The notes beneath the pieces are model-generated. The model did not search any database. It saw only the letters and a program-made list of their open reading frames with translations, and was not told where the DNA came from. Below are positions 22,902 to 36,065 of a stretch of DNA of 64,000 bases, piece after piece (position 1 is the stretch's first letter; each line of letters opens with the position of its first letter). This stretch comes from Octopus vulgaris (Eukaryota). Location of the stretch: positions 10,540,001-10,604,000 of the forward strand of contig OX597841.1 in NCBI GenBank assembly GCA_951406725.2. Reading direction: 5' to 3'. A program made the position numbers and the translations under genes.

Positions 22902-25900
22902 TGATTGATTGATTGATTGATTGATTCTAGTTTCAGCTTATGAGCTGTGGCCATGCTGGGGCACCGCCATTTGGTGTTGCTACTTGGTTTTACTTCACGA
23001 AAGCTTTTTAGCAACTGCCATTTGGTGCATGAGAGAGTTCGATGCAGCTGCCCTCATCTGCACCTCCTGCCGTGAAGTTGGTTCATCTGGGACACCTGAC
23101 AGGAAGAGATCCAGTTTCATTTTAAAGACATCTGCATCCACCCCATGCAGGTCTCTCAGGTTCTTCGGGAGGATATTGAAGAGCTGTGGGCCTCGGAAGC
23201 CCAGGCTATCACAGAATCTTGTCCTACATCTTGATGGCGAGTTTGGAGTCCTAGGCACCACGCAGTGGCGCCCAGTTCTGGCATTTGCGTAACTCTCGAT
23301 GCCAAAGTTTAGGACACGTCCCTCCAGGATCTTCCAGATGTATATTATGGCATATCTTTCCCGCCTACGCTCCAGGGAATACAGTTTTAATCTCTTCAGT
23401 CTTTCCCAGTAGCTTACATTCTGCATAGAGGCTATCTTCTTCGTGTAGCTACGTTGGATCGCCTCGAGCTCTGTGATCAACTTGACACTGGATGGTGACC
23501 ATAACTGAGAGCAGTAGTCAAAGTGGCTTAGGACAAGTGTCCTCCAGAGGACCATCATGGTTTCTTGTTCTCTTGTTCTAAAGGTTCTGAGGATCCATCC
23601 GGCCAGTCTTCTACATTTCATTGCCAATTTAGCAACATGTACACGAAAGGTCGCGTCATCACTCATGTAAATACCTAGGTCACGCACTGATTGTGCCTCT
23701 GGGATTGCTATTCCTCCGGGTCCAGTGTATTCATTGGGTATTGCATTTAGTTTTGCATGCTGATAGTATAGAGCTTGAAACTTTTCAGCATTGAACTGCA
23801 TGCTATTCTTTTCAGCCCACTTGTATATTTTGTCCAGCTCACATTGCAGGTGCTTAGTGTCCTCAGGGTTCTGTATTGCCTGTGAAACTTTTGTATCATC
23901 TGCATAACTTGTGATCGTGGCTCTCTGCGTGGCTGAGGGCATGTCTGAGAGGGCCATTATGAACAGTAGTGGTCCCAGAACAGTGCCCTGCGGGACACCG
24001 CTCACTATTTGCGTGTTAATGGAAGTGGCCCCATTGGCTACTACCACCTGACTTCTATCTTTCAGAAAGTCATGGAGCCATTCTCCCAGTTTTCCAACTA
24101 TGTTGAGATCACGCAGTTTGTGACATATCATTCCATGATCGACTTTATCAAAGGCCTTTGCAAAGTCGAGATATATCACTTCCACATTTGAGTGGTTGAG
24201 CAGCCGTTTCAGCACCCAGTCATAGTGTTGTAGGAGCTGAGTTAAACAGCTTCTCCCTGGTCGGAAACCATGTTGGGTGTCGGGCAGCAAGTCATTCTCT
24301 TCAAGGAAGGTGATCAGCTTCCTTCTGACTATTCGTTCCATGACCTTGCTGATGTGTGAGGTCAGAGAGATAGGTCTGTAGTTCTTGGCTTCCGCTCTGC
24401 TACCTCCTTTATGAATGGGGCATATTTTACCTTCCTTCAGTTTTCTTGGAAGTTTGCCAGCTGCAAGGAAGCTCTGAAAGAGGAACTGCAGTGGTCTTGC
24501 TAGGACTCTCTTACATGCTTTTAGGAGGATTGCCGGGAATCCATCGGGGCCAGTAGCTGAGTCTGTTTTCATTTCATCTATAGCCTTGATTACATCGTCT
24601 TCCTTTATATCGATGTAATCTATCGTCGCCGCCTCTGATTTTATATCTGCAGTGGTAAAAAAAGTCAGTTGGATTGGTGATTTGGAGATGCCCAAGGGGT
24701 GGAGTGAAAACACTCTTGAATTGCTCATTCAGTATTTCACTTACCCTCATTGGTTTTCCTGTAAGTGTGCCATCCTTTTCGAGGAGTGGCCCTATTCTAC
24801 AGTGCACCGTAGCTGTTTCTTTGGCATACCTGTAGAAAGCTCTGGGGTTAGATTTTATGTTGTCTATAGCCCAGGCTTCCTTGTCTGCTCTTTCTTTTTC
24901 ATGAGAGAGTTGCAGACATTTTTCGATTTCCAACAGTTTTATTTTTAGGCGGGACTTTCACTGCTTTCAATCTGTTTGCTTAGGCGATTTGAAAATTTTG
25001 TACGCCGTCTCATTAAAATTTCCTCTCTCTGGGGATTTTGTTCTTGTGTACAGTGGCCTTTCTCTCTGGGACACATTTGTAGCATATGGCTTGCATTACA
25101 GACATGAATTGTTGAAGTTTCACGTCGATGTCTGGCGAGGAGAGACATTTAGGCCAGTTTTGTTTGAGGATCTCTTTCTCAATTTGTTTCCAGTTTGCCT
25201 TATGGTAGTTCAAGCTGGAAAGATTCTGAGGGTTTCTTGTAGGCTGCATGTCCGTGCTCTCTTTTGGCCCGTACTCTTTTGGTCAGCTCTATCATGTTGT
25301 GATCCGAGAGTAGTGTCGGTGTCACTTTCACATTATGGATGAGATCCATGTCATTTGTGAAGCAGAGATCCAGTGTGTTACCTGCCCTGGTTGGTTGGAG
25401 TATTACCTGCTCCATGTACAGGGTGTTGATGAGGTTCAGGAGGGACCTCGCCTGTCCTCGTTCACATCTTGTCATTCCTGGGAGAGAAAGGCCCTCGGGC
25501 CATCTGACACTGGGCAGATTGAAGTCTCCCATAAGAAGTACACTTATGTGTTGTTCTAATGTGGTTAGAACTTCTTCTATTTTTATAAGGCAGTCTTCAA
25601 ACTTGCCCACATGGCTTGGGGCATCTGGAGGGCGATATGTAGCACACACAACTACATCAAGTTGCCTAATATGTACAATTAGTGTGTCACACACCGAGTT
25701 TGAGTATGACAAGAGGACCTGGGGTGTGAGGTCCTCACGGATGTACATAGCAACACCTCCATGACTCCTTTCTTTTCTGTCGGTCCGTAGTACAGCATAC
25801 TGTGGTATGTGTAACTCCGCATCTGCTATGTCCGGTTTCAGGTGCGTTTCCGTAAGTGCTATGCATAAGGCTTGATTGCATGCAACAAAGTCTCTCAGGA

Positions 25901-27126
25901 ACGGGATTTTTGTCCTGTTACTGAGGGTTTGCAGCCCTCTGATGTTCAGTAGGAGCATCGAGGTGAGGTGTACGTTGTTGCCGGCGGTGTCCATCCTGGG
26001 TCTGTTTGCTGTGGTGGTCTTGTATATAGTGGGTAGTCCCACCTGCGGGCTTGGGTTTGATGAAGCCAGGTCAGCTGCTGTACAATCTTTTGTGCCATGC
26101 ACAAAAAAGATTGTTGCTCAGCAGCTGCCCTTTCGACAACATCATGTTGGCGGTTTGTGGCATGCACAACATCTGCGTACCTCCGCTTTGGGGCAGGTGG
26201 TGCGTGGTCCATCCTTTTTCCTTGTGTTGATGGTTTGTCCATCTGCTTCGTGTCTCTGTGGCAGGGTCCCCGATGTGCAAAGCGGCAGCCTGCACCTTGC
26301 TTTCCATGCCAGCAGGAACCTCTCAGGTAGAACCTACACACCCGTGTGCGCTGTTTGTTTCCATCTTTTGCGGTTCCACTTCTATTCCTGGTTGTTTCAC
26401 CCTTTGGTCCTGCTTGAGCTTTTCCTTTAGCTCTTCCAGTCCTTCTTTTAGTTCTTCCTCCTCCCTCTACCTCTTCACCGGGTTCTCCGTCTCCATGGCC
26501 CTTGCTGCCGTTGGAGAACTTGCACCTGGGATCACTTCCCGGGCAGGTTTCTCACTCAAAACCTCCTCCCGGGAATCCACCAGGTGGGGGTGACCTCTTT
26601 CATCGTCTCCATTCTTGCCATCTTTGCCCCGCTCGTTCTCAAAGATGGCATCAAGTGCGCCAATGTGCGACCGGTAACGGTTAAAAACATGGATGACACA
26701 GGCGTCCTATGGCTTTAACACAAAAAGAGAGACACAAAAACAATATCAGCAAGCGTGGAAAAATAATTACCTTTTCGGTGTTAAGACACATGTTGAACAA
26801 GTGGCCGATGGAAAGAGAATGGCTGAGGCAGCAAGTCGCAAGAGGGTAAGAGAGAGGAGGTGCTAAGAGAGAGAGGGGACCAAGGAGGGTAGAAGGCGAG
26901 GACAGAAGCAGTGACCGAGAGAGAGAGAGGGAGAGAAGGAATCAGAGAAGAAGCAGTGATCAAGAGAGAGCGGGAGAGAAGGAATCAGAGAGGCTGGGAG
27001 AAAAAGGCGCCAAAACAATTTGGCAACGAAGCAATGGCGAAGGAAAGAAAATAGTTTAAAGACATCGTGCAGGGGTTTTGATATGATAAACATAAAGAAG
27101 TTATTATGCACGTACGCTGCGAAATA
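22902..27126 (-). mobile_element. CR1-group LINE, unit 5 (frameshifts in RT N-terminal region and ORF1)
   Basis: RT core 22995-24728 and EN 25200-26102 open; small indels at ~24660, ~24958, ~25018 and ~26510. Confidence 0.9.
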
Positions 27127-28279
27127 TATAATAAACCTTTACATAAATAAATAACGTGAAATACACGAAGGGACGAACAAAAAGACAAACGGGTCATTCA
27201 AAGCCTTCATCCTCAGTCAGAAACTGATCCCTCATCGCAGATTTCGGCTGTTTAATTCTGAGATCCGCTCCGAATCAGCCAGCCACAGAAGGAAAGAATG
27301 CAACGCAACAGAGACGAACATGAAACACACACACACATATATATACATACACACACACACATATATATACATACACACATACATATATATATATGTATAT
27401 AATAAACCTTTACATAAATAAATAATAACATATATATATATATATATACATACACACACACATATATATACATACACACATACATATATATATATATGTA
27501 TATAATAAACCTTTAGATAAATAAATAATAACATATATATTTATATATATACACACACACACATATATATATATATGTATATAATAAACCTTTGGATAAA
27601 TAAATAATAACATATATATATATATATACATACACACACACATATATATACATGCACACACAAACATATATACATACACACACACACACATATATACATA
27701 CACACATACATATATATATATATGTATATAATAACTTTTAGATAAATAAATAATAACACATATATATATATATATACACATACACACACACATATATATA
27801 CATACACACATACATATATATATATATGTATATAATAAACCTTTAGATAAATAAATAATAACATATATATATATATATACACACACACACATATATATAT
27901 ATATGTATATAATAAGCCTTTAGATAAATAAATAATAACATATATATATATATATACATACACACACGCATATATACACATACACACACACATATATATA
28001 CATGCACACACACACATATATATACATACACACACACACATATATACATACACACACACAAACACACATATATATACTTACACACACACACACATATATA
28101 TATACATACACACACAAACACACATATATACATACACACACATATATATACATACACACACACATACATATATACATACACACACACATATATACATACA
28201 CACACACACATATATATATATACATACACACACACATATATATATACATACACACATATATATATATACACATATATAT

Positions 28280-28310
<31 letters not shown>

Positions 28311-28317
28311 CATACAT

Positions 28318-28365
<48 letters not shown>

Positions 28366-28580
28366 AACATTTACATAAATAAATAACGTGAAATACACGA
28401 AGGGACGAACAAAAAGACAAACGGGTCATTCAAAGCCTTCATTCTTCAGTCAGAAACTGATCCCTCATCGCAGATTTCGGCCGTTCAATTCTGAGATCCG
28501 CTCCGAATCAGCCAGCCACAGAAGGAAAGAATGCAACGCAACAGAGACGAACATGAAACGAAAAATCTTTTTTGGAGACA

Positions 28581-28890
28581 TGATTGATTGATTGATTGAT
28601 TGATTCTAGTTTCAGCTTATGAGCTGTGGCCATGCTGGGGCACCGCCATTTGGTGTTGCTACTTGGTTTTACTTAACGAAAGCTTTTTTGCAACTGCCAT
28701 TTGGTGCATGAGAGAGTTCGATGCAGCTGCCCTCATCTGCACCTCCTGCCGTGACGTTGGTTCATCTGGGACACCTGACAGGAAGAGATCCAGTTTCATT
28801 TTAAAGACATGTGCATCCACCCCATGCAGGTCTCTCAGGTTCTTCGGGAGGATATTGAAGAGCTGTGGGCCTCGGAAGCCGAGGCTATCA
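28581..28890 (-). mobile_element. 3'-terminal LINE fragment, partial unit 6
   Basis: Tail, 3' UTR and last ~70 RT codons; joined abruptly to Gypsy-like sequence at 28890/28891. Confidence 0.9.
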
Positions 28891-31013
28891 CACTGCTTCC
28901 TCCACTCCACGCGGAGTGGAGGAAGCAGTGTTAGGGCAGTCGACGGAAGGGAAGTGCACGTGGAGTGGAGTAAGCAGTGTTAGGGCAGTCGACGGAAGAG
29001 AAGTGCACTGCGAAGTGGTTACCGATGCGCAGATTGTGGTGCAGGGACTACAGCTGATGTTGCGAGAAATTGTGGTTGGTCACTTGGTGGACGAGATTGA
29101 CGTGGTGATGGGGATGGATGCAATATTCCGCTTTGGAGGTGTCACCGTCAACGAGGCTGGCGTCACGTTTGGGTTAGCGGGGAAACCGTGTAGGGCGAGA
29201 CCACGCACCGACGACAAGCGTGAGGTAAAGGATGCGGCGCACACCATTGAAGACCAGGATTTTCGGGCTGTCTTTGATGGCAAGAGGTGGACAGTGGAGT
29301 GGCACTGGAAGGGAGAGCCCCCGATGTTAAAGAATAAAGTGGGCTGCTATCAGCATACTCTAAAAGGAGATGCCAGAAGTGAGTTCGAGGGGGAAGTGGA
29401 GCGGTGGATTAAGGAGGGCATACTGATCCCTTGGGAAAAAGAAGAGAGCGGAGTCCTGCCACTGATGGCGGTGATACAGCCCACAAAGCATAAGGTCAGG
29501 CCAGTGCTTGACTTCCGAGAGCTGAATCACCACGTGTTGTGTCATACAGGCGGCGAGGCCACGTATGTCTGCGGAGACACCTTGCGAGAGTGGAGGCAGA
29601 CGACGGGGGCCTCCACGATTGTCGATTTGAAGTCGGCATACCTACAGGTGCATGTGGCTGAGAAATTATGGAAGTACAAGCTCGTCCACCAAGTGACCAA
29701 CCACAATTTCTCGCAACATCAGCTGTAGTCCCTGCACCACAATCTGCGCATCGGTAACCCCTTCGCAGTGCACTTCTCTTCCGTCAACTGCCCTAACACT
29801 GCTTCCTCCACTCCACGTCTCTGCCACTTCTGTGGTCATCAGAGTCGTCGTACAGCCCGCGTCCACCAGGGCTCGCGACATCTTCCCCTTCACCAGAATG
29901 TCGACCACAGGTAACGATGATAAACGCGCCGCTACTAATCCAAAGGGATAACTACCGGTGCAGTAGTCTCCCGCGGTCCGTTTCCCCGCAGACACTCGCT
30001 GGCTACATGCCCTGGCTCTCGACACCGGTAGCAAACCACCTCTCGCTTGGGCGACGCGCAGTCGCGGACCATGTGTGGGCCTTGGCACCGGAAACACTGT
30101 CCTTTGAACGATCGCACGCGTTCTTTCCTCAGCCCCTCTCCGTTGCTCCTAGCTGGGCCACTTTTCGACGTTACAGTCGCTGCTACCGACGTCAACCTGC
30201 TGCACGAAACCAGTACACGTGCCCGCGATATGATATCGGCCATCGGCATCGAACGCACGTTCGGGAGCTTCTGTAGCTCGACCGACATGATGTCGGGAAA
30301 GCCGGTCACGAACGCTAACCTAACCGTCCGTTCTAGCGACTCTCCCTCATATCCCGCCAGTTTAGCCAACCTTCTAATCTCACCGGCGAACACGTCCACC
30401 TGTTGTCCGGTCCATCTCATTCTACCCAGCCGAGCGTACGCTTCAAATATTCCTTCCGCGAAGGGCTCCATAAGTCAGATCTCCACTTTATCTTCGCTGA
30501 GTTGGTCCGTCTCCTCCATCTCTAAATATAACGCCAAGGCCGGGCCATCCAAATACAACGGCATAAAACTAGCCAGGTCAGCTATACCGTGGAGCTTCGC
30601 CACCAACTTTACCCTCTTCAACCAAGCGACCACATCGGTGTCGCCGCAAAACGGTGTTATAGGCTCGCGTGAAACCATAGCACTCTGCATAATTTTCTAC
30701 TTTTATTTTTTACGAAACCGAATGATTATTTGCCGAAATAGCTTGTAGTATGAAAAGAGTACAACAGAACAAGGAAAGGAATGGAAATGTAATTGGGTCT
30801 TACCTGGCCGGAGATGAACTCGGATCGCCTTTAGCCAACTCGCTCGCGTCGTGTCTTCTCGGTGTCTTCGTCGTGTCTGGTGCAACTGGTCAATGCCGCA
30901 CGTGCGTTCTGTCTGTCACTTCTGCTTCCGCTCGCGCATGCGCCCTGCAAGACCTGCAAGCCCCATTTCCGCTCCCCCCCCATTCCGTCACACTCCTTCA
31001 CCATCACACCACA
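28891..31013 (-). mobile_element. Gypsy-like LTR retrotransposon family A, copy 1 (5' LTR 30744-31013, gag, protease, inverted pro-RT segment; 3' half lost)
   Basis: LTR TG...CA; gag 30690-29935 with an in-frame stop and two zinc knuckles (CFRCQGPHMVRDC, CYRCREPGHVASEC); ALVDAG protease site; plus-strand RT segment (VRPVLDFRELN, IVDLKSAYLQ) at ~28910-29686. Confidence 0.9.
30731..30743 (-). promoter_or_regulatory. Atypical primer-binding site AGCTATTTCGGCA (family A)
   Basis: Directly abuts the 5' LTR end; identical to the family B PBS; complementary to tRNA-Phe nt 1-12. Confidence 0.8.
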
Positions 31014-31055
31014 TATACAAGCATATACATACGTGCTTACATAATACATATATGC

Positions 31056-31275
31056 ATTTCTTTACTACCCACAAGGGGCTAAACACAGAGGGGACAAACA
31101 AGGACAGACAAACGGATTAAGTCGATTATATCGCCCCCAGTGCGTAACTGGTACTTAATTTATCGACTCCGAAAGGATGAAAGGCAAAGTCGACCTCGGT
31201 GGAATTTAAACTCAGAACGTAACGGCAGACGAAATACGGATATGCATTTCGCCCGGCGTGCTAACGTTTCTGCCA
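31056..31275 (-). mobile_element. tRNA-derived SINE, family 1
   Basis: Same ~230-bp element recurs at 45239, 47712, 52282, 53187 and, degenerate, ~62500; B-box-like GAGTTCAAATTCC in the intact copies; central GTCGACTTTGCCTTTCATCCTTTCGG resembles the MetaSINE domain. Confidence 0.8.
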
Positions 31276-31348
31276 CGCACATCATCTTGGTAGTCTACGC
31301 ACATGCACAGAAGCAGACGCAACAAAACGCGCCTGCGAGCGCGCATGC

Positions 31349-33372
31349 ACTGACACACACAGCAATCAAACACACACTGACACACACAGCAATCAAACAC
31401 ACACTGACACACACAGCAAGCAAACACACACTGACACACACAGCAATCAAACACACACTGACACACACAGCAATCAAACACACACTGACACACAGCAATC
31501 AAAAACACACTGACACACACAGCAATCAAACACACACTGACACACACAGCAATCAAACACACACTGACACACACAGCAATCAAACACACACTGACACACA
31601 CAGCAATCAAACACACACTGACACACACAGCAATCAAACACACACTGACACACACAGCAATCAAACACACACTGACACACACAGCAATCAAACACACACT
31701 GACACACACAGCAATCAAACACACACTGACACACACAGCAATCAAACACACACTGACACACACAGCAATCAAACACACACTGACACACACAGCAATCAAA
31801 CACACACTGACACACACAGCAATCAAACACACACTGACACACACAGCAATCAAACACACACTGACACACACAGCAATCAAACACACACTGACACACACAG
31901 CAATCAAACACACACTGACACACACAGCAATCAAACACACACTGACACACACAGCAATCAAACACACACTGACACACACAGCAATCAAACACACACTGAC
32001 ACACACAGCAATCAAACACACACTGACACACACAGCAATCAAACACACACTGACACACACAGCAATCAGCAACACACACTGACACACACAGCAATCAAAC
32101 ACACACTGACACACACAGCAATCAAACACACACTGACACACACAGCAATCAAACACACACTGACACACACAGCAATCAAACACACACTGACACACACAGC
32201 AATCAAACACACACTGACACACACAGCAATCAAACACACACTGACACACACAGCAATCAAACACACACTGACACACACAGCAATCAAACACACACTGACA
32301 CACACAGCAATCAAACACACACTGACACACACAGCAATCAAACACACACTGACACACACAGCAATCAAACACACACTGACACACACAGCAATCAAACACA
32401 CACTGACACACACAGCAATCAAACACACACTGACACACACAGCAATCAAACACACGCTGACACACACAGCAATCAAACACACACTGACACACACAGCAAT
32501 CAAACACACACTGACACACACAGCAATCAAACACACACTGACACACACAGCAATCAAACACACACTGACACACACAGCAATCAAACACACACTGACACAC
32601 ACAGCAATCAAACACACACTGACACACACAGCAATCAAACACACACTGACACACACAGCAATCAAACACACACTGACACACACAGCAATCAAACACACAC
32701 TGACACACACAGCAATCAAACACACACTGACACACACAGCAATCAAACACACACTGACACACACAGCAATCAAACACACACTGACACACACAGCAATCAA
32801 ACACACACTGACACACACAGCAATCAAACACACACTGACACACACAGCAATCAAACACACACTGACACACACAGCAATCAAACACACACTGACACACACA
32901 GCAATCAAACACACACTGACACACACAGCAATCAAACACACACTGACACACACAGCAATCAAACACACACTGACACACACAGCAATCAAACACACACTGA
33001 CACACACAGCAATCAAACACACACTGACACACACAGCAATCAAACACACACTGACACACACAGCAATCAAACACACACTGACACACACAGCAATCAAACA
33101 CACACTCAACACACACACACAGCAATCAAACACACACTGACACACACAGCAATCAAACACACACTGACACACACAGCAATCAAACACACACTGACACACA
33201 CAGCAATCAAACACACACTGACACACACAGCAATCAAACACACACTGACACACACAGCAATCAAACACACACTGACACACACAAACACACACTGACACAC
33301 ACAGCAATCAAACACACACTGACACACACAGCAATCAAACACACACTGACACACACAGCAATCAAACACACG
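31349..33372. repeat. 27-bp minisatellite (CTGACACACACAGCAATCAAACACACA) x ~75
   Basis: Seen directly; produces the spurious 9-aa periodic ORFs. Confidence 0.97.
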
Positions 33373-33459
33373 TTAGTAGATTGACTCAAAATGCGTGTCT
33401 GGCGGGATGATGAAGACAGAGAGATAGAGAATGACTGAAGGAGACCAATAGATACTCAC

Positions 33460-33837
33460 ATCTACACACACACAAGCACAAACACACACGCACACATACA
33501 CACTCACAAACACACACACACTCACGCACACATACACACACACACACATCAAGCACAAACACACACGCACACATATACACTCACAACAAACACACACACA
33601 CACATACACAAACTAACAACAAACAAACACACACGCACACACATCAAACAAACACACACGCACACATACACACTCACAACAAACATACGCACACTCACGC
33701 ACACATACACACACTCACAACAAACATACACACTCACGCACACACATCAAACACAAACACACACGCACGCATACACACTCACAAGAAACACACACACACA
33801 CACATACACACTCACACACACACACGCACACACACAT
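33460..33837. repeat. Degenerate (CA)-rich repeat
   Basis: Seen directly. Confidence 0.9.
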
Positions 33838-33901
33838 TTGCAACCGATGTTTTATGTGTTCTTATGATTGCAACAATAGTGGTAAGTATAAGCGGAATAG
33901 T

Positions 33902-33985
33902 GGAGGCACATAACCTAGTGGTTAGAACAGCGGACTCGCGGTCGAGAATTCGCGGGTTCGAATCTCAGACCGGGGGATGTGTGTG
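33902..33985 (+). mobile_element. tRNA-like head of a SINE (family 3), split by LTR insertion; body resumes at 41989-42225
   Basis: A-box-like TAACCTAGTGG and B box GGTTCGAATCT; GTGTG on both sides of the inserted LTR element. Confidence 0.7.
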
Positions 33986-34282
33986 TGTAGTGTGAACGGT
34001 GAAAAGAGTACAACAGAAAAAGGGAGAATGGAAATGTAATTGGGTCTTACCTCGTCGGAGATGAACTTGGATCGCTTTTAGCCAACTCGCTCGTCTGGTC
34101 CCTTCGTCCTGTCTTCCGCAACTCCTCAATGCTGCACGTGCGTTCTGCCTGTCACTTCCGCTTCCTCCGGCGCATGCGCCCTGCAAACCCTGCAAGCCCC
34201 ACTTCCGCTCTCCCCCATCCGCCACACTCCTTCACCACACACCACACGCCCCCCTGATCTACAGATCACTGAACCGGCTTCC

Positions 34283-36065
34283 TCACTCACTCCCGCACCT
34301 GAAACTGGTTTCATAATCAGCCAACCAGGGAGGAGGGTGCCGCTCCCTCTGTGGTCGCAGTGCGACCCTAGGACTTGTACCTGGCGTGTTGCCGCCGACC
34401 TCGTCATCCTGTCTGTTGTTTTCGTCTTGCCCACTGCTGCTGGCCCCATCCTCTGGGGCATGGACAATCCTCCGTATGTTCAAAACGTGGCGTGGCATAC
34501 CATCGACCGAGATGTTATTCTTTGAATTTACGGAGGTTATTGTCCCCTTTCCCCATTGCGATGTACACCGTGCGTTTGGGGGTTTTACCCAGACTTCCTC
34601 CCCGACCTGCACGAAGGCGTGCTCTTCCTCTGCCCCGGGTCGCTTTGATGTAGTACACGGATGCCTCCACTCGTACCTGAATATTGCCCTGTGTGGCACC
34701 GACTCCTCAGCCTGTCCTGATCTGGGCGACATATTGTACCAAAACACGGCCTCGACTGGTGAAATGTGACCCCTCTCTGCCATGGCCTTGATGGTACGAT
34801 GATGCCTTTCCACCACCCCGTTTCCACTTGGCCGGTATGCCGCCCTGAAGAAGCGGTTGACCTTCCACTCATCAAGCATTTCTCTCAGCACATCCGAGCG
34901 AAATGCAGTGCCGTTGTCCAGAAGCAGTTCATCCACGGGGCCTCGTTCCAGGAATATCTCATTCAACACTTTCACAATTTCTTCTGCGGTCCCCGACTTC
35001 ATCTCCCTTCACCCGCCCCGGTCTGCAGTCAATCATTGAGAGGTATGTCCCCTGCCGGTAGTGTGTTATGTCCACCGCCAGTCGTCTCCAGTCCTGGTCC
35101 ACTGGAATACTTCCCGCTTCATGCACGACCGGAGCAGGGTCGATGGACTGGCACCTGTCACAACTGCTAACCACTCTCTGCACGCTCTGTCTTGTTACGT
35201 CGGAGTCAACTTTTCTGGCTATGAACAATGTCCTGTCCACACCCATGTGATGCATGGTGTGTAGTCTCCGTAACTCCGAGTCGCTCAGACGGCATACTGC
35301 AGCTACATCCTGCTTCGCATTCCTCTGGCACCTTCAACCAGGCTCGCTTTACCCTGGTCAGGACGTCTTCCCTGTTCTTCTCAGAAGGCACAAAGATCAC
35401 GCTCAGCTTCAGATTGAACTCAGTGGTTAGTTCACGCAGTATTCCTAATCGACGCTTTACCAGGATCTCTGCAGCCCCTTTGGTCCGCACCCTCCTCTCA
35501 TCGGTGATGACTGCTGTCGCCCAACCAAGTACAGTGGCCGAATCAGTCCTGATTTCTATGGTGTGCAACCCCCACTTCAAGGCTAGGTTCACCCCCTTCA
35601 GCACGGCATCCAACTCCGCCACGTTGATGTGATTGCAGTCATCCATCTTCCTGAGCCAGGCCGCATCTTCCACCGTGACACCTCCCACTTCCAAGACGAC
35701 CCCTATTGCGATGCTACTGGCGTCACACCATACGATCCCGCTCTTTGATTTGGGAACATACCAGCTGCCCCTCACCGGGTCCTCTGCTCCTACTCTGACC
35801 AAGACTTCCTGCATCATGTCGATTGTCCTCTCCCCCACTTTATCATTCCACTTCACTCCTTCGGCTCGTCTCTTGATGAAGCTACATGCTGTCCGGAGCC
35901 AGCCTGCAATCGGGTAGTGTCCCACCAGCTTCCCACACACAGAGAACAGTTCCCGTCTACTCATGCTGGCGCCCAGTTCAGGGACCTCATTCCCTCGCCG
36001 GAACACCAAGGCGCCGGCCTTGTCTCTCCATAGCTTGAGGCCCAGTGCAGCACCTCCCTCCATAG
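34283..36065 (-). pseudogene. pol: Family A pol: RT thumb, RNase H and integrase (frameshifted)
   Basis: WCDASS, NVAELDA, RTDSATV, HHMG..CDRC, AVDITHY, LDNG, GVVERHH spread over three ORFs. Confidence 0.88.

Larger units (their letters stand above)
1..28890. repeat. Tandem array of ~5.66-kb LINE-containing units (5 complete + partial sixth; left end runs off the window)
   Basis: Near-identical sequence recurs with periods 5659, 5660, 5528, 5660 and 5679 bp (LINE tails start at 395, 6054, 11714, 17242, 22902, 28581); the ORF track repeats in each unit. Confidence 0.97.
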
